From positions 13,283,480 through 13,347,479 of the forward strand of contig CM121342.1 of NCBI GenBank assembly GCA_051530055.1: DNA of 64,000 nucleotides. Direction: 5' to 3'. Numbering within the stretch: position 1 is the stretch's first letter; each line of letters begins with the position of its first letter. This DNA comes from Neoechinorhynchus agilis. Its lineage: Eukaryota; Animalia; Acanthocephala. The notes beneath the pieces are model-generated. The model saw nothing but the letters and a program-made list of their open reading frames with translations. It was not told the origin of the DNA and searched no databases. Position numbers and translations under genes: made by a program. Of this stretch, positions 37,596 through 50,102 are shown piece after piece.

Positions 37596-38612
37596 ATGTC
37601 TGGTATGATTATAATTTTTTGACAAAAAACTAAATATGTTCGTGATCTTCAGAATTTTCGGTATTGGTATCCACGCTTAAATCTACTTATTGTATAGTTT
37701 TGTAGTTTTTTGAAATATCCTATTATGTCATGAGTTGATGATCACTGTTCACGATCACATTAGAGCCATATCGAATGATTGATATTCTTTAATTATATTC
37801 AATCAGAGTAAGTTTATCAGCATACTTTTAAATAAATTGTTTAAGCTCATCATGTCAATGACCGTTGGATTATAAATTTTAGGATACTACCTGGTGATCT
37901 ACACCGTAATTCGTAGCGCATCCAGGTGAAATTTCGTGGAGATCTACGTAATGCTCGTAAGCTATCTTGAGCATGATCGACTTTTGACGTTCATTTCCAT
38001 GGTAATACCTAGTGAATTTCATTATTGGGAAATTATAGAAAACTATGAACTTGTTTGATTAGATGCACAGATAACAGTGAGTGTTTCTATTATTTTCATA
38101 ACGCAAAATGAAGTCAACCATGAAACGATTTTTCTTCTAATTTCAACTCATCGATTACTTTCCGTTCAGCATGCCAAAATGTAATGGATTGAACCAAAAA
38201 CATCCCAACACTTGCATATTAATTCCAATGTCACTATTGATATCTGAGCGTTCCTTTTTGTATTGAGTTCATTTGGTTTTTAGTGTTCATAACATCAAAA
38301 GAATGAATACAGCGAATTTTCGTTGACAATGTTCAAACATCCAATAAAATATTCCGCTAATCGTTATAATCGTATTTTGTAAGTTGCTTACATTAAATAC
38401 ATTCACCAAAGATTATTTGTTTTGCTAGAACAAAACGCGGTTTGTCCTTAAAAACTTGGTCTGCCTCCAATGTGCTTCGGAATTATTGTCTCACGATTAG
38501 AACCACTACTCTGAAGAAACTGTGCCATGTTAGACTTAAAATTTCCTCTCAACATGCAGCGTTGCCATGGTCCCTTAAACTTCGCATATAATCACTCGAT
38601 TTTCTATTATAA

Positions 38613-41600
38613 ATGAAGGCTATTCCATCATGTTTAGCTATCTGGATAACAATAATGTATGTTTCAGCTTCGGAATTTATAGCAATTCGGCATCGCATTT
38701 TACATATGAAAGCAACTTATCGTTGTATTAATATGTTCGCTGGAGATCGATCTTATGATGCCTTTCAAATCGAGCCAAAACTGGAAGCGCTAGCTTTTCG
38801 TCTTCTTCATCGATCAACCGATGTCCACTGTGATCCAAACGCCTTCCATAAAAGTCCTAATTCCGTAAATATTTGCCTAATTGCACTTTTAGGCAATCCT
38901 TATATGTTCCAATCGATACCAGTGTCGTACATATGCAATTTTATTCACTGTAACTCACTTATTCAATCAGATTTCGCTTCAATCAAGGCTAAGAAGAAAA
39001 GAGGATTGCAGGTCGGTATCTGGTTCGATTTCTTCCAAAACGGGAAAATATACGAGCTTCGCATTCTCATTGTGTTCGCGTCACATAAATATCTCACTAA
39101 GGACACAGGCGGTTTCTATGACGACAAATTGAATCACTCTCAAACATTTTAAAAGTAAAATGATCGTGGTCGAGAAATGTCCAAAATGTCAACGGTTCAC
39201 AATTAAAGGGCAAGGATCTAGCGAATATGCGATTTTACAACACATTAAGTGGTACTACAGATGTACTTGCGAAATTCAATTATTCAATTGCCACAGAAGC
39301 GGTTAAAATAAACGCCCATATTGTCTTTTTAGTAGAAAAGGGTGCCATAAAATAAATTGTCGAAATAATGCAATAAATTCATTGTCGTATTTTTTAAATT
39401 AAGATTTTAGTGAAATACTATTTTTTTTATAAACCAAAATATTATTGAGTTGGTCTTGAGAACAATCAAATTAAACTCTCACAAATTATTAATAATCGCC
39501 AAGAAAGCCTGTTGCTACAAAATGGATTTTAACTAAGTAAAGGTCGTGTGAATTTCTAATTAACGACAACTTAGTTCAACTCGCACGTCTTAAATTCGTT
39601 CTGAGACGAGCACATGCCGCGTACTTTAATTAAATAAGAAGACCACGCCCACTTCAACAAGATCCTCTACGGTTGATCAGGTAGCTATCGTTAATACTTG
39701 AGTAGAGATTAAAATAATGATTGTATTTATTTTGACGATATCACTTGTAAATTAATCTACATGAGTACAAATCGAAAAAATATAAATTTTGGGATCCAAA
39801 TAAGTTGAAAAAATCAATGGAAGATTGTTAAATTGATAGAAAATTACTTCGGTAATATCTCGAGCGTAGATGCGAAGATTATTTGCGGCTTCTTTGATTA
39901 ATCCTTCAAAATGCCAAGTTATTTGTTTTCGCATTCACTTTGTCTAAGAGAAATCAATATACGAGGGAAAGATGTTTATTGCCTTCCAATTACGATACTA
40001 ATTACTCGAATCGCATCTTGCATTTCTATTGGCTGTAACTGCATGAAGCGCAGTTTTAACTAAACCACCACTTTCACTACGTCTAACAATCACAATATCT
40101 TAGCTTCGTTTGTTTTACCAAACAGCATTTTCTAAAGATGGACATTTCTATTCTAATTTTCGGTAGGTAACAATATTTTTTAATAACATTATAATCATTA
40201 TAATAGCTTTGATATTTGTCACCTCCATCCAACAGCAGTCAGAACTGCACGTTAAAATAAAATGTGAAATTCCTAAATGTGTAAATGGAAACAATTTACA
40301 TAAAGCCGAAATTCATGATTTATATGAAAATAATATTATTTATCATAAAATTCAAGGCTTTATGCCTAAGTTCGATAAAGACTACATTTCCTTGAACAGC
40401 GATAAATCAATCCAGCTAAAACTGCACGGAATGCTACGCGCCGATCAATTCGTTTGTGTAATTTACGAAAACATTAATGATATTTGGAAGGTCCTTAAAA
40501 ATATGACAATATTTGAAAGCAGTGAACAATCTGAAGAATGCTGTATGGACGGCATTCCCATTGCGAATACAAAAATGGAAACTATTGAAGGATATTGCGG
40601 GAGGTAAACTGTTGGCTTTGTTTTCTCTTTTAGCTACAAAGTATCTATTTTTATTTTAGAGATCCTAACCCCAAAAAAGTCAGCGTTTCTAGAAAATGCA
40701 TAGGAATGACTGTTGACGGACTATTTGTTGAATACAGAAGCAATCAAGAATTTAAAGACTTTGCCTTTAGACCATTTTATCAAGTTAATGAAAATGAATC
40801 CGTTCTTGTTCACTGTGGCGGATCTCATTATCGTAATCAGTCATATTTAAAGTAAGTGATAGTTAAAATTTAATTGCATGCGCAAACAACAATATCGCGA
40901 TTTTTCGATGCGCCTTTGAATCAAAAAAAGCAATAAATCAGTTCGTGTTAAATTTTAAGTTTTCCCACAAAATATACTCCTACGTTAATTTACCACTTCT
41001 CCACGGTTTCTTTGATCTTTTTGGGCCGTCTAAATGGGGTTGTATAAATTAAGTTCCCAAGCAAATATGTTTTTGTTTGCTGAGAAAAGAAATGCGTGAA
41101 AAATCTTAATGTTTTTCTTTTAGAATCGGCAATAATAGTGCTGATATAAATCGATTTAATGATGGATCAGTTTTGTTTTTGAAATCATCAAAAAATCATG
41201 GAGGCGTGTATGAATGTATCTTTATATCTCCAAATCAAAAGGAATATACGCTACGCGCTCAATTGAACGTGAAAGGTATTGAAGCGGCCTTTGTAGTATA
41301 AAAACAAATTAATTTTTAGGTGTCCGAAGCTCGCAACCTCTTACGGTGAAAAGCGATAAAAAGTTATTGAAAGAAGAGGAATTAGAACTAGATGAAATAT
41401 ACTACACTCTTTATGAGGATTACCGACCTGGCCGTTGCCCGAAATGGATAAAAGCTGAAAATTCAACTACTTCTAAATATCTTCATTTATGCTGCAAGCT
41501 TGATGATAAACGCCGCATATGCACAACTATATTCGTCGTTCCAAGTATTCATGTTATTAAGACGATTACAAGTTCAACTTCTTGTGAATTCAAATATTAT

Positions 41601-42483
41601 TTAAATAATTCTATGAACAACCGGATCCACCATTTCTCACTTTGGTATGTAGTTTATTTTTCTTTGCATAAATTCATTTTTTTCAAGGTTAAGACAATTC
41701 GGAAAGGTCGATTGGAATCAATACATTGTAGATCGTGAGAGTAAACGTTTTAATTTATCGAACTTGACGCCTGGTACCATTTATGAGTACGCCTTTTCCG
41801 CGGACTCAACAGAATGGCCCATTATAACGAATGATATCCGCAATTTTACCACCTCTTCCAAAGAAACAAAATCTGACTTTAATGACGACCAATCAGTTTT
41901 TCCGGTACAATTGGAAAAGAAAGGCGGTATGTTTTGCCTGGCCACAGCAAGTACACTGCCACTTGACGTGAGATATATTACACTTCAATCTCGTCGAATA
42001 AATCGTCAATGGAGTCAATCACCTGTTGCGATTCCTGCCTCTAAAGAAAACAAATGCGTCAAAAATACACATATTGAAGGTTTAGTTGAACTAAAAATTA
42101 GTTACTTTGCGATCGATAGAAATCTCGAAACTACCTTCGTATACATTGAAGGTATTTTGTTGCGTTTTCATTATCAAAAAATCTAACCTCCTTAATTATT
42201 TAGCTGGACGAAAACGAAGCGAAGACACCAAATTCATAGTGACTGCTCTATCATTTTGCGTTGGATTTTTAAGTGTTGTAGCAGCGACATCATTTTTTCA
42301 ATTATATATGGTTATCAAAAATCTAAGACGGGTTGAAGAAGCACTCTACTCAAGAGTGAACGTAATCTACTGTTAACTCCGTTAATTAGATTTAATAAAT
42401 AGAAAATTTTAATTATAATACTTGATTTAAGCGAAAGAGTACATTTATGATCCACATGGCTAGCGAATTTATTACGGGATAAT
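38613..42483 (+). CDS. Type I membrane protein with Ig-like and fibronectin-III-like domains (multi-exon)
   Basis: Signal peptide MKAIPSCLAIW.., Ig F-strand GGVYECIF..LNVK (about 41190-41275), FN3 end FNLSNLTPGTIYEY, TM segment FIVTALSFCVGFLSVVAATSFFQLYMVI. Exon ends are approximate. Confidence 0.6.
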
Positions 42484-43750
42484 GAATTCAATACTTTTTA
42501 AAATATGCGTTAAAATAGTACTCCTTTCAACATTTAAAAAATTTCATTTGTTAGCACATTTCAAATTCCCGCAAAGCAATGTTCGTAATCAGTTTTTGAT
42601 TAGTTCCCCCTAAAATGAACTCCACGGCGTACAATTAATTCAAAATAAATGATATTTTTCATCACTACTACCACTTTATTGTATCCAAAGATACATTCGA
42701 TCACTTTATTATCATTTAGACGCGGCGAAAAGAATGCCATACGTTTGCGACAGTGTGTAGCTAGTGGACAACATACCTGACTTTATGATCAAATCGCGTT
42801 GTGTAAATCTTTTTCGATACAACCTAATAAAAGATTAGAACGACTCCATTTTTCATTTAATTCCTTCATTCGCTCTTGAATGCTCTTAAATGAATGGGCC
42901 ATTAGCAGTAAAGGATTACGAATGTGTATCCGTCAAGCGGAATGCATATCTAATCCTTGCTTAGTTGATAGTTCGAGTAAAATATGCTTTACTTCATTCA
43001 TTAGAAACACGCACTTCATATTTCTTATACTCTGGAATTTTAACCATTATTTGATCTTTACTATACAAAAAATTTCAAAGAAATACTTAGTAGTTTATTG
43101 ATCGACGTGTTTGAAACTTTTCTTACTGTAAATTTCTAAGCAAAGACTGAATTTTGAATTCATAACAAAGGCATATTTTGTAGATTTATTGATTGTTGCA
43201 AAGTTATGCGAGGAAAAAATCGTTTCATTCAAACTAAAGTATTTCAACTCGCCACTGCGCTGAATTTATCGAATCTATGTGAACATTGCATATTCATTAT
43301 CAAGACGCTCAACAATTCTTTTTGTCGTACATTTTTAATTCGAGGATGCTGTTATCACGTAGACTTTTGGAGCAAAATTGTCGCTGAACTGCCCAACATC
43401 TGCATTAATCAAAATAAAACAAAATAATCAATTTCGTGCAAATATAAGGTTGTATGAAGGTTTTTAATTTCTCCTAATTAATTTCTAGGATATTAAAATA
43501 TCACGAGAGATAATAGGCTGTCTATTGATTCTTATTTGAACGTCCGATGCACTAATGTTTATTTATTAACTTTCTAAATGAACACTGCACAAAGTTGACG
43601 ATGACGGGGTTTTTTCTTGAAGAATTTTGTCAACAAATTTAACATCGTGTTTTTTGCCTGATTTGTCTTTATGGAAAAAGAATAAGCTTAGATTGTATGA
43701 ATTGTAATGTTGCTTAACCTAAATGAGTTATTGGCCAAGGCTAATTCTAG

Positions 43751-44218
43751 ATGAAGGTATCAATAAAACAGTTCCACAATTTTCTAACGTACTTGATGGA
43801 GTGTTCAAATAAACTTGGGGACTGTTGGCACTTAGAATTTGGACAAGATGCAACCGACGAGCACGCCATAAAATCTGGGACAGTTCTACACGATGATAAA
43901 AAGTATTATATTGAACACCAAATATGGTACAATGAAGCTTACGCAGTACCGATACTTTATTTTTCGATAACAAATGAACAAGGAAAACGAGAAGGAGTTG
44001 TTAAGAGCTTAAAAATTCTTGGCTTAGATGAAACTGAAGTTGAGCATATAAGTGAGCAATGCCACATAAGGACACAGAAACCAATGATGGTTGTTCATCC
44101 TTGCAAAAATTGGAATTTATTCTCGGGAAGCGAAGTTTCTATGATCATTAAATGGCTTAGTGTCGTTGGCCAACATGTTGGTCTAGTAATGGACAATCGT
44201 TATGGAACCCTCGTTTAG
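43751..44218 (+). CDS. ATG10: Ubiquitin-like-conjugating enzyme ATG10
   Basis: HQIWYNEAYAVPILYF, catalytic HPC, and C-terminal WLSVVG..VGL. Confidence 0.85.
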   Translation: MKVSIKQFHNFLTYLMECSNKLGDCWHLEFGQDATDEHAIKSGTVLHDDKKYYIEHQIWYNEAYAVPILYFSITNEQGKREGVVKSLKILGLDETEVEHISEQCHIRTQKPMMVVHPCKNWNLFSGSEVSMIIKWLSVVGQHVGLVMDNRYGTLV

Positions 44219-44772
44219 GATTACTATTCGTTAAATTGAATAATGTGATCACGATCAATGTTCCCCTTAAGTGTTTTGACAGACTGTGCAGAAAAAGATT
44301 AACGTGAGCTCAAAAAATCCTAATGATTGCTTTTAATAGGCCGAATGTGATAAAAACTGCAATATTAAAGTTAACAATTAAAATTATGGAAAATGAAGTG
44401 GCAAATTATTTGAATCAATTTAATCTTCTCTTTGAATATTTAATTAAACGCGACCAACTAATATTTATTCAACGTCATTTTGCTTATTATCGGCCATTTT
44501 TCCTTCTGTATTTGTGTTATTCAATGATTGTAAATTTCATTTAGATTAATTTGACTATAATACGATAAGAAAAATTTAATGCTTATCAGGTTATCCATAT
44601 GATGAACTTGTAGTCTGTTTCAGGATTTGGTTTTAATACCGTTCATTAAGCTTGAAAAGTTCCATATATATAAAGCCAAAACGACTGTGTCTGTATCAAA
44701 CTATTTCTAACTTTCTATTGAATAAAAAATTTAAGTCGGCATATTGTTTACAGAATTTTGAGAACAAACAAT

Positions 44773-44817
44773 AATTGACTGAAGAAATCCAGCGTGATTG
44801 GACGAAATATTTCAATT
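44773..44817 (+). ncRNA. Solo type-I hammerhead motif with perfect 6-bp stem I
   Basis: AAUUGA CUGAAGA A AUCCA-GCGUGAU-UGGAC GAAA UA U U UCAAUU. Only the G10.1 position is mutated (A). Confidence 0.75.
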
Positions 44818-45239
44818 AAAGTGATTCTTGGATATATAATTTTCCCCACTTTCGCAAACTTTGGCATAAACCTTAAAAACTTTGTGATGAAACGTTTTAC
44901 ATCATCTTTAACAAAATCGAAAATCCATTTCTTTTCAAAAACTCAGTAGTCAAAATACTTGCCACTATCTTAATTCATTATTTGGAAATTGTTTACCTGG
45001 ACGATGACATAATAGTTTGATAAACCTTAGAATAATAACGGTGTCGAAGTCACTTCCATCTACATATAGAGCCTTATTCGCAGCGTCGCTCAAATGAACT
45101 GTTGTGAGGAGATACTGCGACCTTAGTTTACAGTATTTTCTTGTTGATAAATTACTGCTTTCAAAGTATTTGCACTTTGATGTCAGTTGATTTAAAACAT
45201 CATCGTAAATCAGTCAGAAAAATCATCTTGCACTACAAA

Positions 45240-45838
45240 GGTGATGAAGTCAACCGCCAGCTTTAAGGAACTTCATTATACTTTTAAACATGATCATGAA
45301 TCACCAAACCATAGACGTGTTTATTTTAATCAAGATTTTAACCATATTTGGTGTAGACTTTTTTCGCTCGTTCAATTCTTGTCTCACATCTCGATCTTCA
45401 ACGCTTTCAACGAGCATCCGCACCATTTGATTCCTATTCTGGTTAACCAACTTTATAACTGAATAAATATGACTTTTGTTGACCAATGTGTCTCTTTAAG
45501 TGATCAAGTTTCCATTCATCCAACTTTTTCCAACTGTTAAACTCATATTTTCCTTTCGAGCGGGAACATAGCGTACAAACAACATCGTCATTGTCTTTGT
45601 AGATAAAAATATGTCCAAGTTTTACTAGCTCCTTGATTGACAATGTTGTTTCTATAAATTCTAAAAGCTGCTCTTCTTTAAATCTATCATATATTTTGGT
45701 TTTTACTGTTTGCAAACGTATATCCGACTGTCTCTGACATAACTTATGGCTAAAATTAACTATTCTAAAGGCTGAACTTTTGAACACCCGACTCAATTCA
45801 CAATCTCCGCTCAACATATAACACTCTTTCACGTCCAC
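45240..45838 (-). mobile_element. Probable hAT-type transposase N-terminal remnant
   Basis: VVCTLCSRSK...WKLDHLKRHI..K.H zinc-finger-like motif followed by a frameshifted helical region. Confidence 0.4.
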
Positions 45839-45839
45839 G

Positions 45840-47200
45840 CCTGAAACATTTGTCTACTCTCCGATACTTCCCTTAGTTTCGTCATACGAAGTACTGCAGC
45901 ATCTCAAGAAATTACCTCGAAATTCGTCCTCTCAATCCGAAATCTCAAGCTGGGCTCTTCGCTGCATCATTCCCGAACTCATCGACCCTCTTACCCACAT
46001 TATAAACCACAGCTTTTTGTATGGCATCTACCAAAATGTTTCAAAACTCGCCGCCTTACTTTGCATTTATGGGACGCTCCTACGTAACGTCGACAATAAT
46101 CCCTCCCACGCCACCCGTCTCATTCAACTTGATTTATCGAAAGCATTCGACTCCGTGTACCATTCAATAATTCTCCAAGCCTGCTCCGATTTTGGTCTCA
46201 ACTTGTGGCAGATTCACTGGCTCGAATTTGATTTTCACAATCGCAAACAATACATTCACTGCCGTTCTACCTCTACTATCAGCCTATCCCCCACCAAAGG
46301 CGTACCTCAAAGTTCTGTCTTGTCACCACTTCTTTTTAGTATTTTCCTAAACGATCTCAAACCTCTCTCCTCTCACTCTAAACTCTTCTTATACGCCGAC
46401 CATATCACCCTCACCACCCATTCACCACCCCACCTCTCCCTCTCCTTAATCTCTAACGAAATCACACACAAAAGATTTCTGCACCAATCACAAACTCCAT
46501 CTAAATTTCTCTAAATACTTCAAAATGATCCTCTCTCCCACAACCCCATATCCTACCCGGTGCTTCCAAATGACATCCAACGAATCAACTCCCTCAGAAT
46601 TCTGGGTATCCAATTTCAATCAAATTTGAAATGGGACTCGCACATCATTCTCTAGCTCAACACCTTTAAAATTTATCTCCTCAAATGCCTCAGACATTTA
46701 GGAATCCCTTCACCCTATCTATCCAAATTTTACTTCTGCTTTATTTTACCCTCCCTCACCTGCGGCTATCCCGTCTTTTGCAACCTTTCCCAGTCTCAAG
46801 TCCGTCGTCTTGAAATGTTTCATAGAAGAGCATCTAAAACTTGTACCGCTGATTTCCCCCCCTCTCGCCGAATGCTTTGATACTATTTTCATCAAACAAT
46901 CAAAATGCCTCTCAACCCTACAACCACAATTTTAACAACATTTTGTCCCCGTTTTTACATGAGCACAATACTCGCATTCCAAATTCTTTTCATCCTCCTA
47001 TTCCCCGCACCACTCTCTACTACCCAATCATCTCGGACATCATTACCCGAAATGAACCTGAGCAAAGACAAACCTCACAAGCCTTCCTGCAAACCATAAC
47101 CACCAATCCCCACCCGCCAACTCGACCAGATATTTCCACCCGAACAGACTTCCCCCGACCTCACCAAATCCGCATTCCATAGTTTCAAACCAATAATGTT
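45840..47200 (+). mobile_element. Decayed CR1/L2/Jockey-type non-LTR reverse transcriptase
   Basis: LDLSKAFDSV.H, GVPQSSVLSPLLFSIFLNDL, LYADH (YADD decayed), LRILGIQF..NLKWDSHI. Many stops. Confidence 0.85.
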
Positions 47201-47399
47201 TATCGCTCAAATGACGATTGCTCTATCTTCATCAAAAACAATGCCACAAAAATGACCCAAAGGTACATGGGCCCAATTCTTGTCACTTAACAAACAACTA
47301 AACGTATTAATTATGACTCTGATGCGGGGTTTTATCATGGCATTTCAGTAACTATAGAAGCCGATGTGCGAAGACGAAGGAGAACAAATAAACGAGAGA

Positions 47400-47610
47400 A
47401 ACATATTTTAGATGAATGGAGCGCTCGGCAGCTCGGCACTCTCTCTGCTCCAGGGTCTCTCGAAGAAATTGAGAGAGGCAACCGGAGACTCAAGAGCAGG
47501 CGTATTCCTTCGACAAAATATCTCGCTAGCAGTACAACGGGGCAATGCTGCCAGCGTGATAGCGACGGTCGAGGAAGGACAAAAGCTGGAATTCGGCGGG
47601 AAGTGGTGAG
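47400..47610 (+). mobile_element. CRE-clade 3' fragment
   Basis: GALGSSALSLLQGLSKKLREATGDSRAGVFLRQNISLAVQRGNAASV. Confidence 0.8.
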
Positions 47611-48003
47611 TGTGTTAATTGTCGAGAGATGAAGATTGATTGAATACATTTATCGTTTATCAAAAAAAGATGAAAAATTAATAGATTTGTATGGCGAAGA
47701 TAGAAGTAATATGATGAAAGAGGAATTGAGAAGGTTAAGAGTTTTTGCCCCTGGGCAGTAGGGGGTCGCGCGGTTAGGCTAATGTTGGGTTCAGAGCTAG
47801 AAAGATTCAGTCCAATTTTAATTATCTAAACGATTTCTTTATTTTATAGAATTTAGTGTAAAGTAGACTATAATGGTAGTGTTATGTTTATTTATGACAA
47901 AATGAGCAGCTTTTACAGTGTAATTTTATTCAGAATTCACAATTCGTCGATCCAATGTTAATTTCTCGCATTTAAAAATTGAATTCTTTTTATGAAATAA
48001 TTG

Positions 48004-48531
48004 TTATAGTACAATCTTTAAATTTTGAAATACATCGTCAGAAATATCAATATTTATCGTATCATCTAAATCCCGTTCTTTTGAAATACAGAAATCGTTT
48101 CGTACTTTTAGAATAAAATTTGGGAAAATGACACTGAATTCGCGATCAACAGCTGTTAAGAGATTGTCCAAGAACGCTTCTACATCGCCGTGCAAGTGCT
48201 GGATCCAAAATTCGGAAAGTCCATTCGTAGAAATGACACTAATATTTCGCGGCATTATCGGTTTGTATTCCGCAGTTTTTTGAAATCCTATTGAGAAAAT
48301 GTAATACTCTGTTGCTTTAACTATTTGAGCAGGTCGCATTGCTGCACGATGAGGTGTACTAGGCGAGATCAGCTTTAGATTTACGGTTCTTTTGATTCTC
48401 ATTGGAGCACAACAATAGTAGATATAATCGTTGATCGAGTTCAACGAGTAGTAGGTCACCAAAGGTGGTTTAAAAAACGAGTCGCTTGATGCGAAATCCC
48501 ATAGGCTTAATATCACAGCAAATAATAACAT
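48004..48531 (-). CDS. Putative secreted orphan protein, 175 aa
   Basis: Open 528-nt frame in AT-rich DNA with a signal-peptide-like start MLLFAVILSLWDFASS. No family recognised. Confidence 0.5.
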   Translation of the reverse strand: MLLFAVILSLWDFASSDSFFKPPLVTYYSLNSINDYIYYCCAPMRIKRTVNLKLISPSTPHRAAMRPAQIVKATEYYIFSIGFQKTAEYKPIMPRNISVISTNGLSEFWIQHLHGDVEAFLDNLLTAVDREFSVIFPNFILKVRNDFCISKERDLDDTINIDISDDVFQNLKIVL

Positions 48532-48649
48532 TTCGAGTATAAGTTTCTATGAAAACGAGGCTCAATTCGTTACCTTTTCTAAAACGTGATAAGTGTGAGT
48601 AATAAGATAACACATGTGAGTAATACTCAAATTCGTACATTGCTTAGAT

Positions 48650-48785
48650 TATACTTTTGGTGAAAATAATCTCGGTCATAACATATTTGATTTATTGGAA
48701 AAACAATGCCTGCCGAGGTTACCTCGCGAAATATTTCCAATAAATCAAATGTGTTATGACCGGGACTATTTTCACCAAAATTATA
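48650..48785. repeat. Palindrome P6, same family as P1
   Basis: 48650-48701 pairs with 48734-48785. The centre holds an HHR with a 5-nt core deletion (CTG----CCGAGG TTA CCTCGC GAAA TATT). Confidence 0.85.
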
Positions 48786-48842
48786 CTTGCAAGCCCTTTG
48801 CTATTTGGCTTTTCGTTAAATTTGGTTTGATAAATTTAGTCG

Positions 48843-49040
48843 TCAAATTGCGAATCGATAAATTGGTGAACTCCGCGTGTTATTAAAATACTCGTCTATC
48901 AAAATGTATCGATATGTGAGCGGGTACCCGGTTATGTGATTATAAGTTTTATTTAGGTCTTCAGCCGGTAAATAAACACCAACAAAACGTATATTCGCGC
49001 ATAAACGTAATATAAAGAACTTTGTTTCAGATATTTTCAA
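48843..49040 (-). mobile_element. Possible decayed APE-endonuclease fragment of a non-LTR element
   Basis: IRFVGVYLP and DEYFNNTR resemble the APE motifs V/IgvY.P and GDFN.R. Confidence 0.3.
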
Positions 49041-50102
49041 AAAAATGGGCTTCTAGAAATAGTCGACTTTACAAATAATGAACTTACTAAATTCGATGTC
49101 CTTGGAAAGTTTGTTGAATTGAGAATGGTAAATCTCGATAATTCAAGCGATCGGTAATTTAAACGCATTTATTGCCTCCGAAGTGTAATATCATAGCAGT
49201 CAGACTTGAATTAAGCGGTCCTATAGAAGATGCTATGGATACATTAGAAAGCATCTCAAAATTTTGAAAGTGTCACAATCACGAAATGAAACATTTATCG
49301 AAGTCAAAATAATGCGATTAATTGAAGACAGTTGGTAAACTTACAAGAAAATCTATTGTAAACCTGTCAATTGACTCAAACCTAATTTCACAGATAATAG
49401 GATTGAATTTCATGTCCTGGTGTAAGCTACTAATGATGTTTTCGTTTGATTAACTAATCTTCATACTTTAAATCGTATCGGAAACAACTTCAAACAATGT
49501 TCTCGTGCGATTCTCAATTCTTATAAAGGCGTCCCTTTTAAAAAGAATTAATCAACCTTATCAAATGGAAAAGAACATAGCTCAAGGATTACCTTTTAGG
49601 TTCAGATAAAAAATTATATTTTGAAATATATTGTGTTGACTTAATAAATACTTCTTAACAAATTTATGCTATCCGGTCTACTAACGATCTGTCAACTTTC
49701 TTTATAGCTGGACACTATATTATGGTAGGAGCTCCAAATAAATGTACAAAACTGTTATATAAGCAGCAACATTATTTCAGGGTTATCGGCACAGCATTGG
49801 TTTATTTATTACATGCACCACAATAACTGAAAATTCTAACAGAAAGCAAAAACTTATCATTTAGATTTGATAAGAAATGTTTTGTTTCGAAAGGTTAACA
49901 ATGCATTCTAACTGGAAACAGAAAGGCGTTTAAATATAAAATGGAAAACGTTAATTGTTGCAATCGGTATAAATTAAGTTGTCCTACAGGGCTGAATTTA
50001 AACCGATTTTCTCTCCGGATTTCTAGATACCTCCAGAAGGCTGGACTCATCAGAGAATTTCGTCCATTCAGCGGTAAACACACTTGAGAAAACTTTCAAA
50101 CA

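Noticed and set aside
50043-50065. Permuted HHR words on the minus strand (GGAC GAAA TTCT CTGATGA GTCC)
   Set aside because: Only 4 nt lie between GAAA and CUGAUGA, too few for stems III and I. Probably chance or a deletion relic.
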